In this document: positions 25,283 through 38,165 of the stretch, piece by piece | How positions within the stretch are numbered: the stretch's first letter is position 1 | How the letters are laid out: every line of letters begins with the position of its first letter | NCBI RefSeq assembly: GCF_963506605.1 | Contig: NC_083278.1 | Coordinates: forward strand, 73,408,001-73,472,000 | Direction of reading: 5' to 3' | Source of the DNA: Zootoca vivipara | Taxonomy: Eukaryota | Length of the DNA: 64,000 nucleotides | Translations under genes and position numbers: made by a program | Notes under the pieces: model-generated | Seen by the model: only the letters and a program-made list of their open reading frames with translations | The model's database searches: none | What the model was told of the DNA's origin: nothing

Positions 25283-28200
25283 TGAACTTACTTTCCAACT
25301 CTATGTAGTAGTATCATCTTAACGCCTCCACACTTTGTGAGAATAATTTTAAGGTAGGCCTGTGGAACAACCTGATTCTACATGCACATTAATCCAATAC
25401 TAGGACTATTCCTTTTATTTTCTCCTTACATGTCCTTTGCTCATTTCATAATTGTACAATCAAAATGCCTTTATAGCAGCATATTTATATATTATTTATT
25501 TGTCTGTGGCATTGTTGTTCCCATGATGATTTCCTTGTTTTGATTATGGTTTTGATCATTAAATTCTTGCTTCTTGCTAATGTAAAAAAACACACAACAC
25601 TATCATATTGGTTATGAAGATAAAAAATAAATAAAATCCCTTTTAAAATAAACACCAGCAACCACCATCCCACCTTTTCCAGACTGCATGCATTTTGAAA
25701 GGAAAACCCACAGTTTATACCTGAGGGAAACTGCCATAACTAATTCAGTATTATATTTTGTACTAGGGAATCTGTTTCTGAGGACAAAATGTCTCATATA
25801 GATGACATTTAGTTGCTGTTAACATTTTCCTGAGTCCATGATTAATATCCTAAATATATTCAGTATAATTAACTATCCCTGTTGTAAAAACCCTTGATAT
25901 TCTGCTTGGTTCTTTTCATTGCAGTGTTATAAGCAGATGTTTCCAGGAATCTGCACAATAACTTTGTGATTTTGTGGCCATAAAATATTCATGTTTTGTC
26001 TAAATATTTTACAGCCTGGTGAGAAATGTTTTGACTCCTTACCGTCCTCACCCTCCCTCTAGCAATGCAGTACAAGAAATACCTGAGAAATGAGGAGGAA
26101 TGTGCCCATTTTGATAGCCATAAAGGGTGTGTGCAACAGATTATGAGGAAATGAATGCATAAACCACGACTATGTAAAGTTAACCTCCTGCTGTTATTTT
26201 GCACGTAAATATTTTTAAAAGCTACTTTCCACGGAACCTGCAGTGGAATAGAGGAAATCCTTAGAATACATCTGTCCCTGGATAGAAAACCTAGAGAAAA
26301 GGCAGAGAAGGAATATTAGGAATATCATTCACACATAATGCTAAGCCAAGCCAGGGATGCAATCACAACCGCTTTGCTATTCCCAGGTCCTTCTAGCTCA
26401 GCATGACATGGCAGCTAAGCCAAGCTTTAGCATGTCATCCAGATGTGAGGCTGTGCTCAACCTCTCTTTTCCTAAACCATGACCTGTAGCCAAGGTTTGT
26501 TGTTGAAGAGTGTTATGCAGTGGCTGCCCCATTGCCCTACTGTTGCCACTTTGCTTGAGTCTGGTGGGATAAAACATACAAAGCTGGAGAAATGTGTGCC
26601 AATAGGTGTGACGTCGTGATTTGCCTGAGACATTCCTCTTCCCAATTTAACTCCAGCCCTGTGTTATGGCAGAAACCTTGGGCTGGATGTACAACTTACT
26701 GAGCATCCAACTCCAAATATTAGTGTGTTTTAGCACTGGGAGGAAGAAGTCTTGTAGCCCCTCCATTTTCTTTTGTTGCAAGTGTATTCTGTGACACCAG
26801 TAGTGGAATCATTCTGAAGCATCCACACATCATTCTACTTTATTACAGTAGTTGTTCTGTGATGCTTCTCTATTGTTACATTTTTTCCATCAGGAAAGAC
26901 ACTCACACTATTCAACAACAATAGCAAACCACGCCCCGCCACATTTGTGTTATGAAAGGTCACAGGATCTTAGCAGGAAACTATGGGACATGTACTTATT
27001 GCAAATGAAGCAGCCTGGCACCCTGATACCATTGTGAGCACAAATCATAATGAATGATAAATAAGGACGACCCCTTACTCTGCTGGTGCTTCCCCAGTGA
27101 TGTAAAACATGAGGGGGGGGGTTGCAGATCCAGACACTTAGCTAAACTTTACCTCTCCATGCTGCTTGAAAGTACTTCCAAGTTCTAAGGAAATGGAGTA
27201 TGTGAAATTGTCCAATAGTTTTGCTGCTTGCATAACTTGGAAGTTAAAACAAGAGCCTTAACTTGCAATTACATTGTTTTTGTTGCATGTGTGAATTTGT
27301 AAGAGCCTCAAGCTCTTCCATTAAACCAAACATATTTATTTGTGTATAGGATATTCTTACATTTATAGATGTTCTATGAGATTTTACTTTCAATTTGTCA
27401 ATATTTTCATAGCACTCGGTCACTATGTGGAGTTTTCCCATTGTGAATTTTGGATTTCACAATGCGGCATGCTACTGCATAGTGTTGGTTTATAGCCTTG
27501 CACCACCTTTATTCCAACATCTCTGTGTCTTAACTGACTTGGAAAACTGCTTCTTAATTGTAATCCACTCCTTATAATTTAAGCAATTTACACAACAGCA
27601 GTCCATCTGGTGCCAAGAAGTCTGTCCACAGTATATGTGTGACGTTTCCACCTGCTTAGTGGAGTTTTTTTGTTTAGTTTTTTTGCTGCCCTGTCAGATT
27701 GTCTTTTTAATTTTCATGTTACTGTATTTTAAAAAAAGTTCACATTTCTTACAGTCTAACACGTGCTTCATTCAGTTGTTAGAATCATTTTAATAAAATA
27801 AGCCACGTGCCACAAAAGAACCAGCACTTTGAAGGACAGAATGGTGGGAATGTATTTTCCGTTCCTGAAAGAAACATGGGCTCAAGCAGACCTGGCGTCT
27901 CTAAAGGCTTTGACATGACTGCCATTCCTTCTTCAAAGAAAGCTGCATTACATATTGCAGGGCTTAGTGGCTATTAGCTAGTTGTAGTGCTTTTGTCAGC
28001 AGCACATTCCTGTAGATTAAAATAGCCCTTAGTCCAGGGACTTGATACAGAGGGTATAAAGGGCAAAGCATTTAAAAAATCCATGCACTTTTATTTTTAC
28101 TTTAATTAAATTTAATATTTATAGAACACCAAATAATTGGTGCTACATTTATTGCTTGCTTAAATGTCAACATTGAACATTAGTGAAGGTCAGTATCTAA

Positions 28201-28558
28201 ATATGATTTCAATACCCGTAATCCTGTATTGTAGAGGGATTTGGTAAGAAGGCACTTGACTTGCATTGCATTGCACTGAGAACCACTGGAAAGCTAGACT
28301 GCTCTCAAAGTTACATCACAGATAGACTGCTACCATTACCACTTTTTCTCACTACACTGAGAGCCTGCTGGATATCAGGCACCACCATCACAACTGCACC
28401 TTTTTGACTTTATCATTGGGATGCATTTAATTTCTCTTTTCTTGATTTACTTCTGCCATGTAATAAACACAGGAAACGGTATTAGAAACTTTAAATACTT
28501 TAAGCTGTCTGGAGTATAGCTATTTCTGTTACTTACAAGTTGGAGTTTTGCACTGGTC

Positions 28559-29220
28559 TATTGGAGAATAATATATATGATAAGAATAATATTGGAGAAA
28601 ACTGGGTATTGAAACTTGCTTAACCTAAATCATATATCCCAGTTTCCAGCGGCCCTTTAAAGTACGCTTCATGCAGAGTATACGCAGTCAGAAGTTGACC
28701 TGGCTAAGAAAACACCACCAAGAGCGTAGGGAATTATCTCCCTTATATGAAGCCCCTTACTAGCTGCACACTTGTAAAAGTATGCAGGTGAAAATACAAA
28801 CGGTTGGGTTTCTTTAACTGAAAAACAAACTGACTCTAAAGAGACTTTAAACTAAAGATAAATGCTTTCTCTCTTAGCAATGTTATCTACCCACTTTCCA
28901 AACCTCCCACAAAACTCCCATTAAACTACCCGAGAATTAACAGCAAACTAGCATTATAACTAAGCAACTCTCATACTAAGATTCAACTAAGGAATCTCTT
29001 AAACTGAGAACAACTGAGAGAGTGATTTACTAAGAGATGAATCAAACTGAAAGATCTAACTAAGAGATAGAGAAGGCTTTCTGGCAGAGCCTTATATACA
29101 AGAAGCAGAGCCCACGCCTGTGAGCAATTAACAGAAACACCGGCACCTGTTTCTCTTAAACAGACAGTATTTACATTAGACCGGCTCTAAAGTAACTTGA
29201 CTATTCAAAAAAATCCAACA
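28559..29220 (-). mobile_element. Solo LTR, 662 bp
   Basis: Termini TATTGGA...TCCAACA (TG-CA type, one substitution), 5-bp TSD TGGTC at 28554-28558 and 29221-29225, and TATA-like GTATATAAGG on the minus strand at 29091-29100. Confidence 0.7.
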
Positions 29221-30840
29221 TGGTCTAGGTTTCTTTTTTCTAATTTAGTCTAGTTGAAATGCCTAGGAATCGTATTCTAAATTCCGGGCCTCATATTTGT
29301 AAAAGCAGGATCCCCTGCTTTCATGAGCAGCAGCACATCTCTGCATGATGGAAGGAATCAGTAGGATTAACTCTTAAACTTGCGGTTCATGGAAGTCTTC
29401 TGGCCCATTTCCATTGCATTCCCATCTTCTCAATGTTTTAACATACAGTTATAAGGTTCATGAAACACTGCTAGAAATGCAGGAAAGTTTTCTTTCAAGA
29501 CATCCCAAGACATGCATTAGGAAACCAACCAAACAGACAGAATGCAACCTGTTGTGACCCTGCATTCATTTGGAATAGCTCTGCTGTCTTATATAGCCCG
29601 AACTCCATTTTAGGAATTGGCAAAGACTGTAAACCAGTCTGTCAGAACTGGAATGAGGGTTTGTGTGTTGTCTGTCTCTGTCTCCCCTTCTGAAATTCCA
29701 TTTCACATGTTAAATCAGTTTTCACAGCTTAAGTGCATGACATCATTCCGAACTTGTCTAACTCAAATTGGCCCAGGAATCTGGAGGTGGAAGCATGACT
29801 CTGTTAGGAAAGTGGAGTTCCCCGATTGGCTTTTCACAAACCCTGCCTATTATGGGGATGGATGGATATTGCTTGTCCAATACTGAAAGGCATAGGTTCT
29901 TAAAAAGAGGAGTGTTTGGGAATCCTACTCTTCTGTTCCTTCTGTTCTTATGTTTGTTGGTCAACATTTGGCTGGGTTGAAGAGCTGAGAAGCCTTATAT
30001 TCAAAACCATCTAGGAGATTCTGGTGACATCCCTTAATCATACTCCAAGCAACCTCATTGAAATCAGTGCACCTCCTTGTGAGCATGACTGATGTTGGAT
30101 ATCATCTTTTGAAATGGCTTTTAACAAATAATATTTAGAACCCTTAAGTCCCGCTTAGTACTATTGTTAAACCAGGAAAATGAAGAAAGGCACCTGCCTA
30201 AATAATACAATATTTTGCTATTTTTATCCTATTTTGACTGCTCTTATAATAAACCACTTGTTTTTCAGAAGAGTTATTTCTAGACAGGTTATTAGTTCTT
30301 CATCCTTAATTTATGAAGGGGCCTGCCCAAGATTTTGTATCTAGGAATTTTTTAAAAGGCCTGATTGGGGATTTTGTATCTAGGAGTGCCTTTCTCCTTG
30401 ATAGGACAAACCAGCAGCAGGTGTTGAAAGATAGTCCTTGCTATCATATTTTAAAACATTCTATGCTTTGAAATGGGGGCAGGGGTGGTGGCAGTGGTTG
30501 CTCTGTGCAGATGCACCTGGGAATTTAAAAATAATTTTACAGAGGTAGAAAAGAGGGTTAAAAATCCCGGAAAAAATCCCATGTGATATGATGGGTTGAG
30601 AATATTGGATGGGTTCCTCCTAACTATACAATTCTATGAAGAAAGATAGTCCAACTGCCCACTCCCAGAACTGATGCCTACCCACCTATCCCTGCTTGTT
30701 TTGTACTCTTTACCTCATCTCCTCAGCTTCTTCTTTCAGCTTCCCTAGAGCCAGTGCAGGATTGTGACATTGACCTTACTTAAAGGGATAAAATGCTAAC
30801 TACATCACTGCTGCCAAACCACGATGTTGATCCTTGTTGG

Positions 30841-31112
30841 CCTGGTTCTCAAGCTTTTTTCTCTGGGCCATACTTTCAGAATAAAAATTTGCTCACACCA
30901 CACTCAATTTTTAATTGATATGAAATATATTGGAAAACAGAAAGAAACAACTCCCAGTAGTGCTTGATTTTGAAAAGATATATTCTGCAAATAAAGAATT
31001 ATTTTGATACTATACTATACAACACTGAAATGTTTAAATGTTTCTTTGATTGTCCTTGAATCTTCCTGCCACACCTGGCATCCTCTCCTGCCACACCCTT
31101 TGAGAACCACTG
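30841..31112. mobile_element. Degenerate hAT (Charlie-like) MITE
   Basis: cctggttctcaa ... ttgagaaccactg inverted termini. Confidence 0.6.
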
Positions 31113-32905
31113 TCCTGGATCCACAGAGATCCACCACAGTTATCAAGCCAAACTGGCAACAACAGCTCTGAACACCTGACCTAATTACTTCTTCTTGCCC
31201 ACCACCATCACTTCCATTTTGGTGCCAGTGTTGCTGCCAGAAGTGACATCTAGAAACTTCAGATGGGAATCAGATTTTAATATGATTTTTTTCTTCTTTG
31301 AGTGCCTTCTTTGTCCCAATGACAGTAATACTGGATGAATGGTGCAAGTTGTTATTTCTTAATTGGTTTTGTTGTGTCCCCATTTTGGTTACGTGTGTGA
31401 TACCCCTTTGGAACAGGGTGACATACATTGCTTTCAACAAGATGTTTTCATAAACAAAGAGATTAGATTTTACAGACTTCAGCCATAGCTCTCTCTTATT
31501 CATGCATTGTCCCATTGATGTTGAGATTAATTTGGATTAAGTGGTTTGAAAAGATTAGCCCAGACCTCTGAAAAATAGACCTCAAATAGGTCTGAAAGAG
31601 GGAAGTAGACTGAGAAAAATAAGTGAGGCATATTCTGTTGTATGCATTGGATTGTTAGATGATAAACGTAAGAATCATACAGATTTGCAATGGCATTTTC
31701 TTTTTTGCATATTGAGATTCACCAGATGTAGGATGATTAAGGTTGATCTAGAGATCAGTGTATGTGTGCAATATTTTACTTCCACAGTAGCATGCATTTC
31801 TCATGCTAGATCAAAATAAGTACCCTATCTGCAGCTGTTGTTGAAATTAGTAACTGTGTTTTCCAGTATGTCTCTTTATTGGTTTTGCTAAATTGGTTTT
31901 ATTTTTGTACATTTGAATGTGCCATAAAGCCATCTTGAGTCATGGACAGGCAGGCGAAAACATTAAATAAATTTTGTGCACAGGTTGCTTACAGTAAATC
32001 CCCCTGACGTCAGTGTGAATGAACATGCACCTTGTTACCTAAATTCACAAATGCTAAAAAAAAAACAAAAAACCCTATACTGTACCAAGTTAGTAGTTTG
32101 CCCATCAGGATAATATTCATTTCACTGATTCTTGGGAGACACAGGAGTGTCAATATGAAACAACTCTTTCATTGAGCAATACAAATTTTAGCTGACTGGC
32201 AGAATATAAATTCACAACTTCCCATTACCCAATCTGATCGCCTACCCATGTGAACAGTTGCCTATTCACGTACAGTGTGGAAAAATATAATAGGACAGAA
32301 AGACTTTTAAGGAAATGGTTTTTCAATTGCGTCAGAAAGTAAATAGAAGAGAAACAGTGTACCTTGCTTCCGCGATGACATAAACGTGCTCGTGAAGCCT
32401 GCTGAAGCTCAAGGGAGTTGTTGCCACAGTCCCATAAGCAGCAAGATAATAGAAACACCTGTTATTGGAAAAGAATGATAACAACAGTTTGTGGATGGTG
32501 TCCAGCTATCTGCCACTGGCAGTTGCCAAGGGAGCAGGGTGGCGTAAGGTAACAGGGGAGGCAACATATGGTCTCCGAGACCAAAAAAAAAAAAATCAAA
32601 CCTGCCCAGCAAAACTGGTACCCATCTGTGGTGCTCTCAGAAAACAGCAGGACAGCTCAGGAGCCTAAAGGGACCTATCATGTCACTACACCACAAAACA
32701 AATCAGACTGTCAAACAGCGGTACATGCAGCGCTGAACTAAGAGTCACAAGGATGTTTCAGCAGAGTCAAAGAGAAGGTCACCACTGATATTATGAACTT
32801 GTAGAAATGTCCTCATCTATCTAAAGCACTTCTCGTAACAAAGCAGAACTTCTTAAGGTTAAATATGAACCACAATATAGGTTGATGAATCATTATGCTT
32901 AAGAT

Positions 32906-33258
32906 GGGACGCAGGTGGCGCTGTGGGTTAAACCACAGAGCCTAGGGCTTGCTGTTCAGAAGGTTGGCAGTTCGAATCCCTGCAACGGGGTGAGCTCCCG
33001 TTGCTCGGTCCCAGCTCCTGCCAACCTAGCAGTTCGAAAGCACGTAAAAGTGTAAGTAGATAAATAGGTACCGCTCCAAGCGGGAAGGTAAACGGTGTTT
33101 CCATGTGCTGCTCTGGTTTGCCAGAAGCGGCTTTGTCATGTTGGCCACATGGCCTGGAAGCTGTACACCGACTCCCTCGGCCAATAATGTGAGATGAGCG
33201 CCACAACCCCAGAGTCGGTCATGACTGGACCTAATGGTCAGGGGTCCCTTTACCTTTA
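32906..33258 (+). mobile_element. Full-length Sauria SINE
   Basis: tRNA-like head gggacgcaggtggcgctgtgggttaaacc, B-box-like gttcgaatccc, body cctgccaacctagcagttcgaaagcac, and (acctt)-type tail. Confidence 0.92.
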
Positions 33259-35239
33259 GTCCACTTAATGTATTATTGTTACTGGCCACAGATAAAGACA
33301 TTCCATCTGAAAGGAAATTTCTTGAATGAACCACTAAAAAAATTCTATTCACAAAATTGTCCTGCTCATTATGTATGGTATATGGACAGAATAACTGAAT
33401 AAATTGGTGACATCAACAAACTTTTTGAAGATCCAAATACACAACGTTGTGACAGAAATGCTTTTGTGCTTTGGTTAACACTTTTACTTTGGGCATAGAT
33501 ATACCAGTGAAAAAATGGGGGAGTTTACAGAGTTTTCTGTATGGAGAAATGTGCTGCTTTGATAAATCAAGCTATAACATTCCTTAAAGCAAAACATGAT
33601 GAAGTCTGGTAGAAATGCTTCCAGTTAAAACTTATTTTAGCCTCATGTTTAAAGCAGAAGTTCCTTAAACCTCAGTTGTGATTCATCCAAGAAAGAAATG
33701 TGTGGCATAACAGTCCTCACATAAACTTGTTTCCTTGCCCTTCTCTGCCTGCACCCTTGTTCTTTCTTCCCACCACTCTTGCCAGGAAACCAAGTATTTT
33801 GGAAACTTGACATTTGCACCAATTTTGAGTACTTTGGAGCAGGGTGTTTGATTAGCTGCATCTAGTTTGAGCACAGAAAGGTGCAGAAGAAAGAATTCAA
33901 GGAAAAATAAAAAGTAGGGGTAGGCATTTGCAACCAAGAAGCTGCTTTGAATAGGCATGCAAGCTACATGAGTGTCTCATTATATATTATGCTGGTGGCA
34001 GAATTATAAATAATTTTAGGAAAACACAGTGGAAATCACTGAGATCAGAGGCAGCATATGCTGCATGTGAAAAAGGAAAAAATGGGAATGCCCACTTCAC
34101 AGTGGGAAGCAGAGAGCATCTTGCTTTTGTCACCAGCAAAAATCTCCCAGTGGTTGCCTGCAGTTTATAGTAGAAAGGAGAATACTTTGTCAAACCCAGA
34201 CCACTGGAAGCTAGACTTCCGATAAAATCAAATTCTCAGCTTTCTCGTGGCAAGCCAGACTTCCCCCTAGCAAGCAGCTTCCAGCTTCCCCAAAATGCTG
34301 TCAACACAGAATTTTTTTTTTAAATGAACTGAACAAGATTGGAACTGCTTCCAGAGCGACGGATAGTTGCTTGTAGCAGTGGGCCAACCTGCCAGCTGCA
34401 GCATTGCAGTCTGGTTAATGCATTGAGCTTGGAGGCAAGGGTCCATTCTCTTCTTTCTTACCAGATACACACGCCATGCCTCTCAGTGTCCGCCGAGCAA
34501 CATTCCAACGAGGAAGTGTTTAAAATAGTTTCTGTGTCACTGGCAAGTGTTTTGCCTGCTTCCATATATGTGTCAGATAAAAATATTAGCAGTGACATTA
34601 ATAGGCAAGGAAGATGCTGAGAGGCATTTCTCTCCATTTTTTTAAAGTTAAAATGAGCCGCTATCCTTTTACTATCACCTTTTTAATTTAGAGAAAAATG
34701 TGAGATTCTGAAATCATGTGAAACAATCACCTTTTTATTAGAGGTGTAACCCAGTTAATTGTATGACTTTTGATTACATCTGTGTAAATTACTAAAACCA
34801 GCCATTGTTGATACCTTCCAGATGTTCTGGACTACAACACCCATCAGCACCAGCCAGCGGCAATAACAGTCATTCTGGATGAGGAAAAAACATTGTCTGG
34901 GTTTTGGTTTTAAATGATGCATGTGTGTTTCATAGAAAGCACCATCTTCTACGTAAGAAAGATTGTGCACTTGCCTTTTCTAAGATAGCACCTCCCACCT
35001 GCAGTTTATGTAACAGTTCTATTTAAAAATAACATTAAAAAAAAAATCTGCTATCCATATACCATGGCAATTTCTTAGTTATGAACAGCCTGTTGGATCA
35101 GGCCCATGGCCTATTTGGAGATTCATTCCCCGTGTTTGCATTCCCACAGTGGGAAGTGACGAATACAGGATGTTTTGTGTTACTGTGTTTCCTGAAGTGG
35201 GACTATTGTCCTTTGTCCTTTCTCTTTGCTGCTTGATGC

Positions 35240-35240
<1 letters not shown>

Positions 35241-35306
<66 letters not shown>
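35241..35306. repeat. (AG)n microsatellite
   Basis: Pure dinucleotide run. Confidence 0.97.
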
Positions 35307-35308
<2 letters not shown>

Positions 35309-36092
35309 ATATTGCAGTGCTCCGTGTGTGTTTATATTCTCAAATACTGATATATTATTATTTTATTGGTTTTGTGTGGGCATGCATTTTGCCTTAGCTT
35401 TATTACGGAGGATGGCAGAGGATTTAAAAATCACTTAATTTCCACACCACCTGTTTTCAAATCAGCCTTGTGAAGTCTCTTGCATGGTCACAGCAGGAAT
35501 CTGACCTATAGCCTAATATATTAATGGCAGGGCACTTTAATCAGATTCAGCCAAGCTACTCAATAAACCAGCACTTTGAAGTTACAACTTTTTTCTTCTT
35601 CTTATAGAAAACAACCACCCCCCCTTATGTGATTTGAATTTCCCGAGCATTACCCTGCTGTAGCAAAAACAACAGAGTCCACATTGCACTTTAAAGACTC
35701 ACACATCTATTGTGGCATCAGCTCGTGATTTGAACTGTGATTGTTCTACTTGGACGAAGTTTGCAGAGTGGTTATTATTTATTTCATGAGATTTATGCAA
35801 ACAAACCTCAAACCAGTTTACAGAAAGATAAGACAATAAAACCAAGCAAAATTTACAGCCATACTTTAAAACTCACAAAAATTAAAACAATAATACAGAT
35901 TAAAATTATGTACCACAACTGGGTAGGTTTATCTAAACAAGAATGTTGCCCAAAGGCAACCTGCTCAATCTCAATAGGCAGGTTAGTTTTAGGGAAGATT
36001 TTTTCATCACTTTCATTCATGAATTTGGATGTACATTTATGAGCTCATGTGCTATAACTGGAAGTCCCCCCAACCAAAATCAGTTAGTTCAA

Positions 36093-36322
36093 AGAGAACC
36101 AGTGTGATGTAGTGGTTCAGTGTTGGACTAAGACCTGGGAAACCAGCATTCAAATCCCTGCTTTGCCATGAAACTTAGTGCGTGCCCTTGGGTCAGTCAC
36201 AGTCTCCCAGCTTAACCTACCTCACAGGGTTGTTGTGAGGATAAAATAGTGAGGAAGAAGAATCACGTGTGCCACCCTGAGCTCCTTGGAGGAATGATGG
36301 GATATAAATGCAGTAAGTAAAT
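36093..36322 (+). mobile_element. tRNA-derived MIR/CORE-like SINE
   Basis: A/B-box-like head (tgtagtggtt...ttcaaatccc), CORE-like segment cctacctcacagggttgttgtgaggataaa, and tail gatataaatgcagtaagtaaat. Confidence 0.75.
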
Positions 36323-36338
36323 ATTAAATTTGGATACA

Positions 36339-36540
36339 AATAAAAGAAAATTAAAAAAATTTGTCCAGTAGCACCTTAGAGACCAACTAAGTTTGTTCAG
36401 GATATAAGCTTTCGTGTGCATGCACACCTCTTTAGATACCCGGAAGCTTATACCCAGAACAAACTTAGTTGGTCTCCAAGGTGCTACTGGACAACTTTTA
36501 AATTTATTTCAACTGTGTCAGACCAACATGGCTGCCCACC
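36339..36540. mobile_element. Penelope-like insertion with inverted terminal segment and 14-bp TSD
   Basis: Inverted arms at 36361-36411 and 36444-36494; direct repeat TAAATTTGGATACA at 36325-36338 and 36541-36554. Confidence 0.8.
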
Positions 36541-37238
36541 TAAATTTGGATACAGCCTGTCATAAATATGTGACCGTTTGGATAATCACTCTCCTTATTT
36601 CATACTGTGGAGCAAAACTCTCTCCCAATTAAGAAGATGACCCCACCCAAACCTTTAACTTATATATATATATAAAGAAGAGAATAGTGAGCATCTAGAA
36701 TGACATTGTTTTCTTCAGATAGATGCACCAGTTAGTAATCAGGACTTCAAGGAATCTTCAGTGCAAAGAAAATAAATGATTTCATGACTGATCTCCCTGC
36801 AAGCCTGCCAGATAGTAAATAAAAGTGTTTTTTTTATGTCACTGCCCTGTCTTCTTGTATGTGGGTCACTAAGGTATTTTCTAATAGCTTTCCAATCTTG
36901 TAAATTGCTCAGGTGTTTTTTCTCTCCCTAAGATATGCAGGATCCTGCTGGGTATTGAATAACAATCTAACAGCTTGATGGATGACTTGTTCTTCATCCA
37001 TATAGCCACAAGGACATTTATAGCCAATATATGGCATTGCTTAGTATGGCTGCCTGTGGTTTTAAAAGCTTATGGCATATTGATCCCTGGTATAAACTTA
37101 TTATTTTCTGTAAAGTTTTGCAATGAAGCATCTGGACAAATCTGATTATTGTAAAGTTGTACAGAATCCATTTGTGGGAATTAGACTGCTGAAAATCTTG
37201 CATGTGTCTTAATACTTTCAGCAGAATATGAAGATGCC

Positions 37239-37279
37239 TGTATGTATGTATGTATGTATGTATGTATGTATGTATGTAT
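37239..37279. repeat. (TATG)n microsatellite
   Basis: Tetranucleotide run, probably the tail of a minus-strand LINE remnant. Confidence 0.95.
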
Positions 37280-38047
37280 TTAGAAGAATGTTTAATTCAT
37301 AGACTACTTAATGCCTAGGGCGCTTCTAAGTGGTTTACAAAGCATTAAAACTAATTGCACAACATTGTTAAACTACGAAATAAGTAAAATACACCATAAG
37401 TAAAATACACAACAAAACAATCCCCTTCAAATATAAAGTACCATGATTAAAATGTGCAGCAAAACAGTCCAATTAAAACAGCAAAGCAATTGAAATGGGA
37501 GGCTCAGGTGAAGAGGATGTCTGTGTAAACAGGCACTCTTCAAAAGCTGTTGGAATGCCAATGCGACCACTCATATTTCAGTAAGGAGTGTATTCCACGA
37601 CGCCGGTGCCACCAGTGAAAAATCCCATCCTCACCTCATCACAAATTGATAATCATCAGGTTGTGATAAGACTAACCAGGTTCCATATAGCCCATATACT
37701 GCACATCACAGTAGTCTAAATTGGTACCTTGGTGGATACATGTTGCTTCCCTTCCCACTCAGGCTGATTCTTAACTGTGCATTATTATCAGTAGTCAAGC
37801 TGTTTACTTAAAAAATGATCAGTAAAAGAAAATAAAGAGAAGGATTACTTTTGTCTTTAGTATAGGCCCCACACTCCCTACTTTATACATGGCTATGGCG
37901 GACATGAATTTAAAGTGAAAGGTCAGTTGCTGAGTTTGTTCCAGAGTAACAAAATATTGTAACCCGATTTAATATGATCTTCAAGGATGCTAATGGGCAG
38001 CCAAAAACGCAAACACTTTATTGTAATATTTTTCCCCCTTCTTGTAG

Positions 38048-38165
38048 GAATTTCATATACTTACAGCAGAACTTGACGACAAATGTGAAAAAATAAGTGA
38101 GAAGCTGATGCACCTGGAAGATCAACTTCAAACAGCGCTCTGCGGCTGTGATGAAGACCTTGTTC
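38048..38165 (+). CDS. DISC1: DISC1 coding exon (equivalent to human exon 12), 118 nt, EFHILTAELDDKCEKISEKLMHLEDQLQTALCGCDEDLV
   Basis: Acceptor ttccccctt-cttgtag|. Matches human ESYILSAELGEKCEDIGKKLLYLEDQLHTAIHSHDEDLI (from memory). Ends at the U12 donor |ATATCCTTT. Confidence 0.95.

Noticed and set aside
24996-25298. CpG-rich segment as a host gene promoter
   Set aside because: It is the 5' end of the TSD-flanked L1-like element.
30331-30385. 16-bp direct repeat GATTTTGTATCTAGGA spaced 39 bp apart
   Set aside because: A small local duplication with no element between the copies and no sign of function.
32906-32985. tRNA gene
   Set aside because: The A/B boxes belong to a Sauria SINE head; no cloverleaf is evident.
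35149-35438. ORFs with (ER)n tracts, and similar poly-L/N/I/HT ORFs elsewhere
   Set aside because: Translations of microsatellites.
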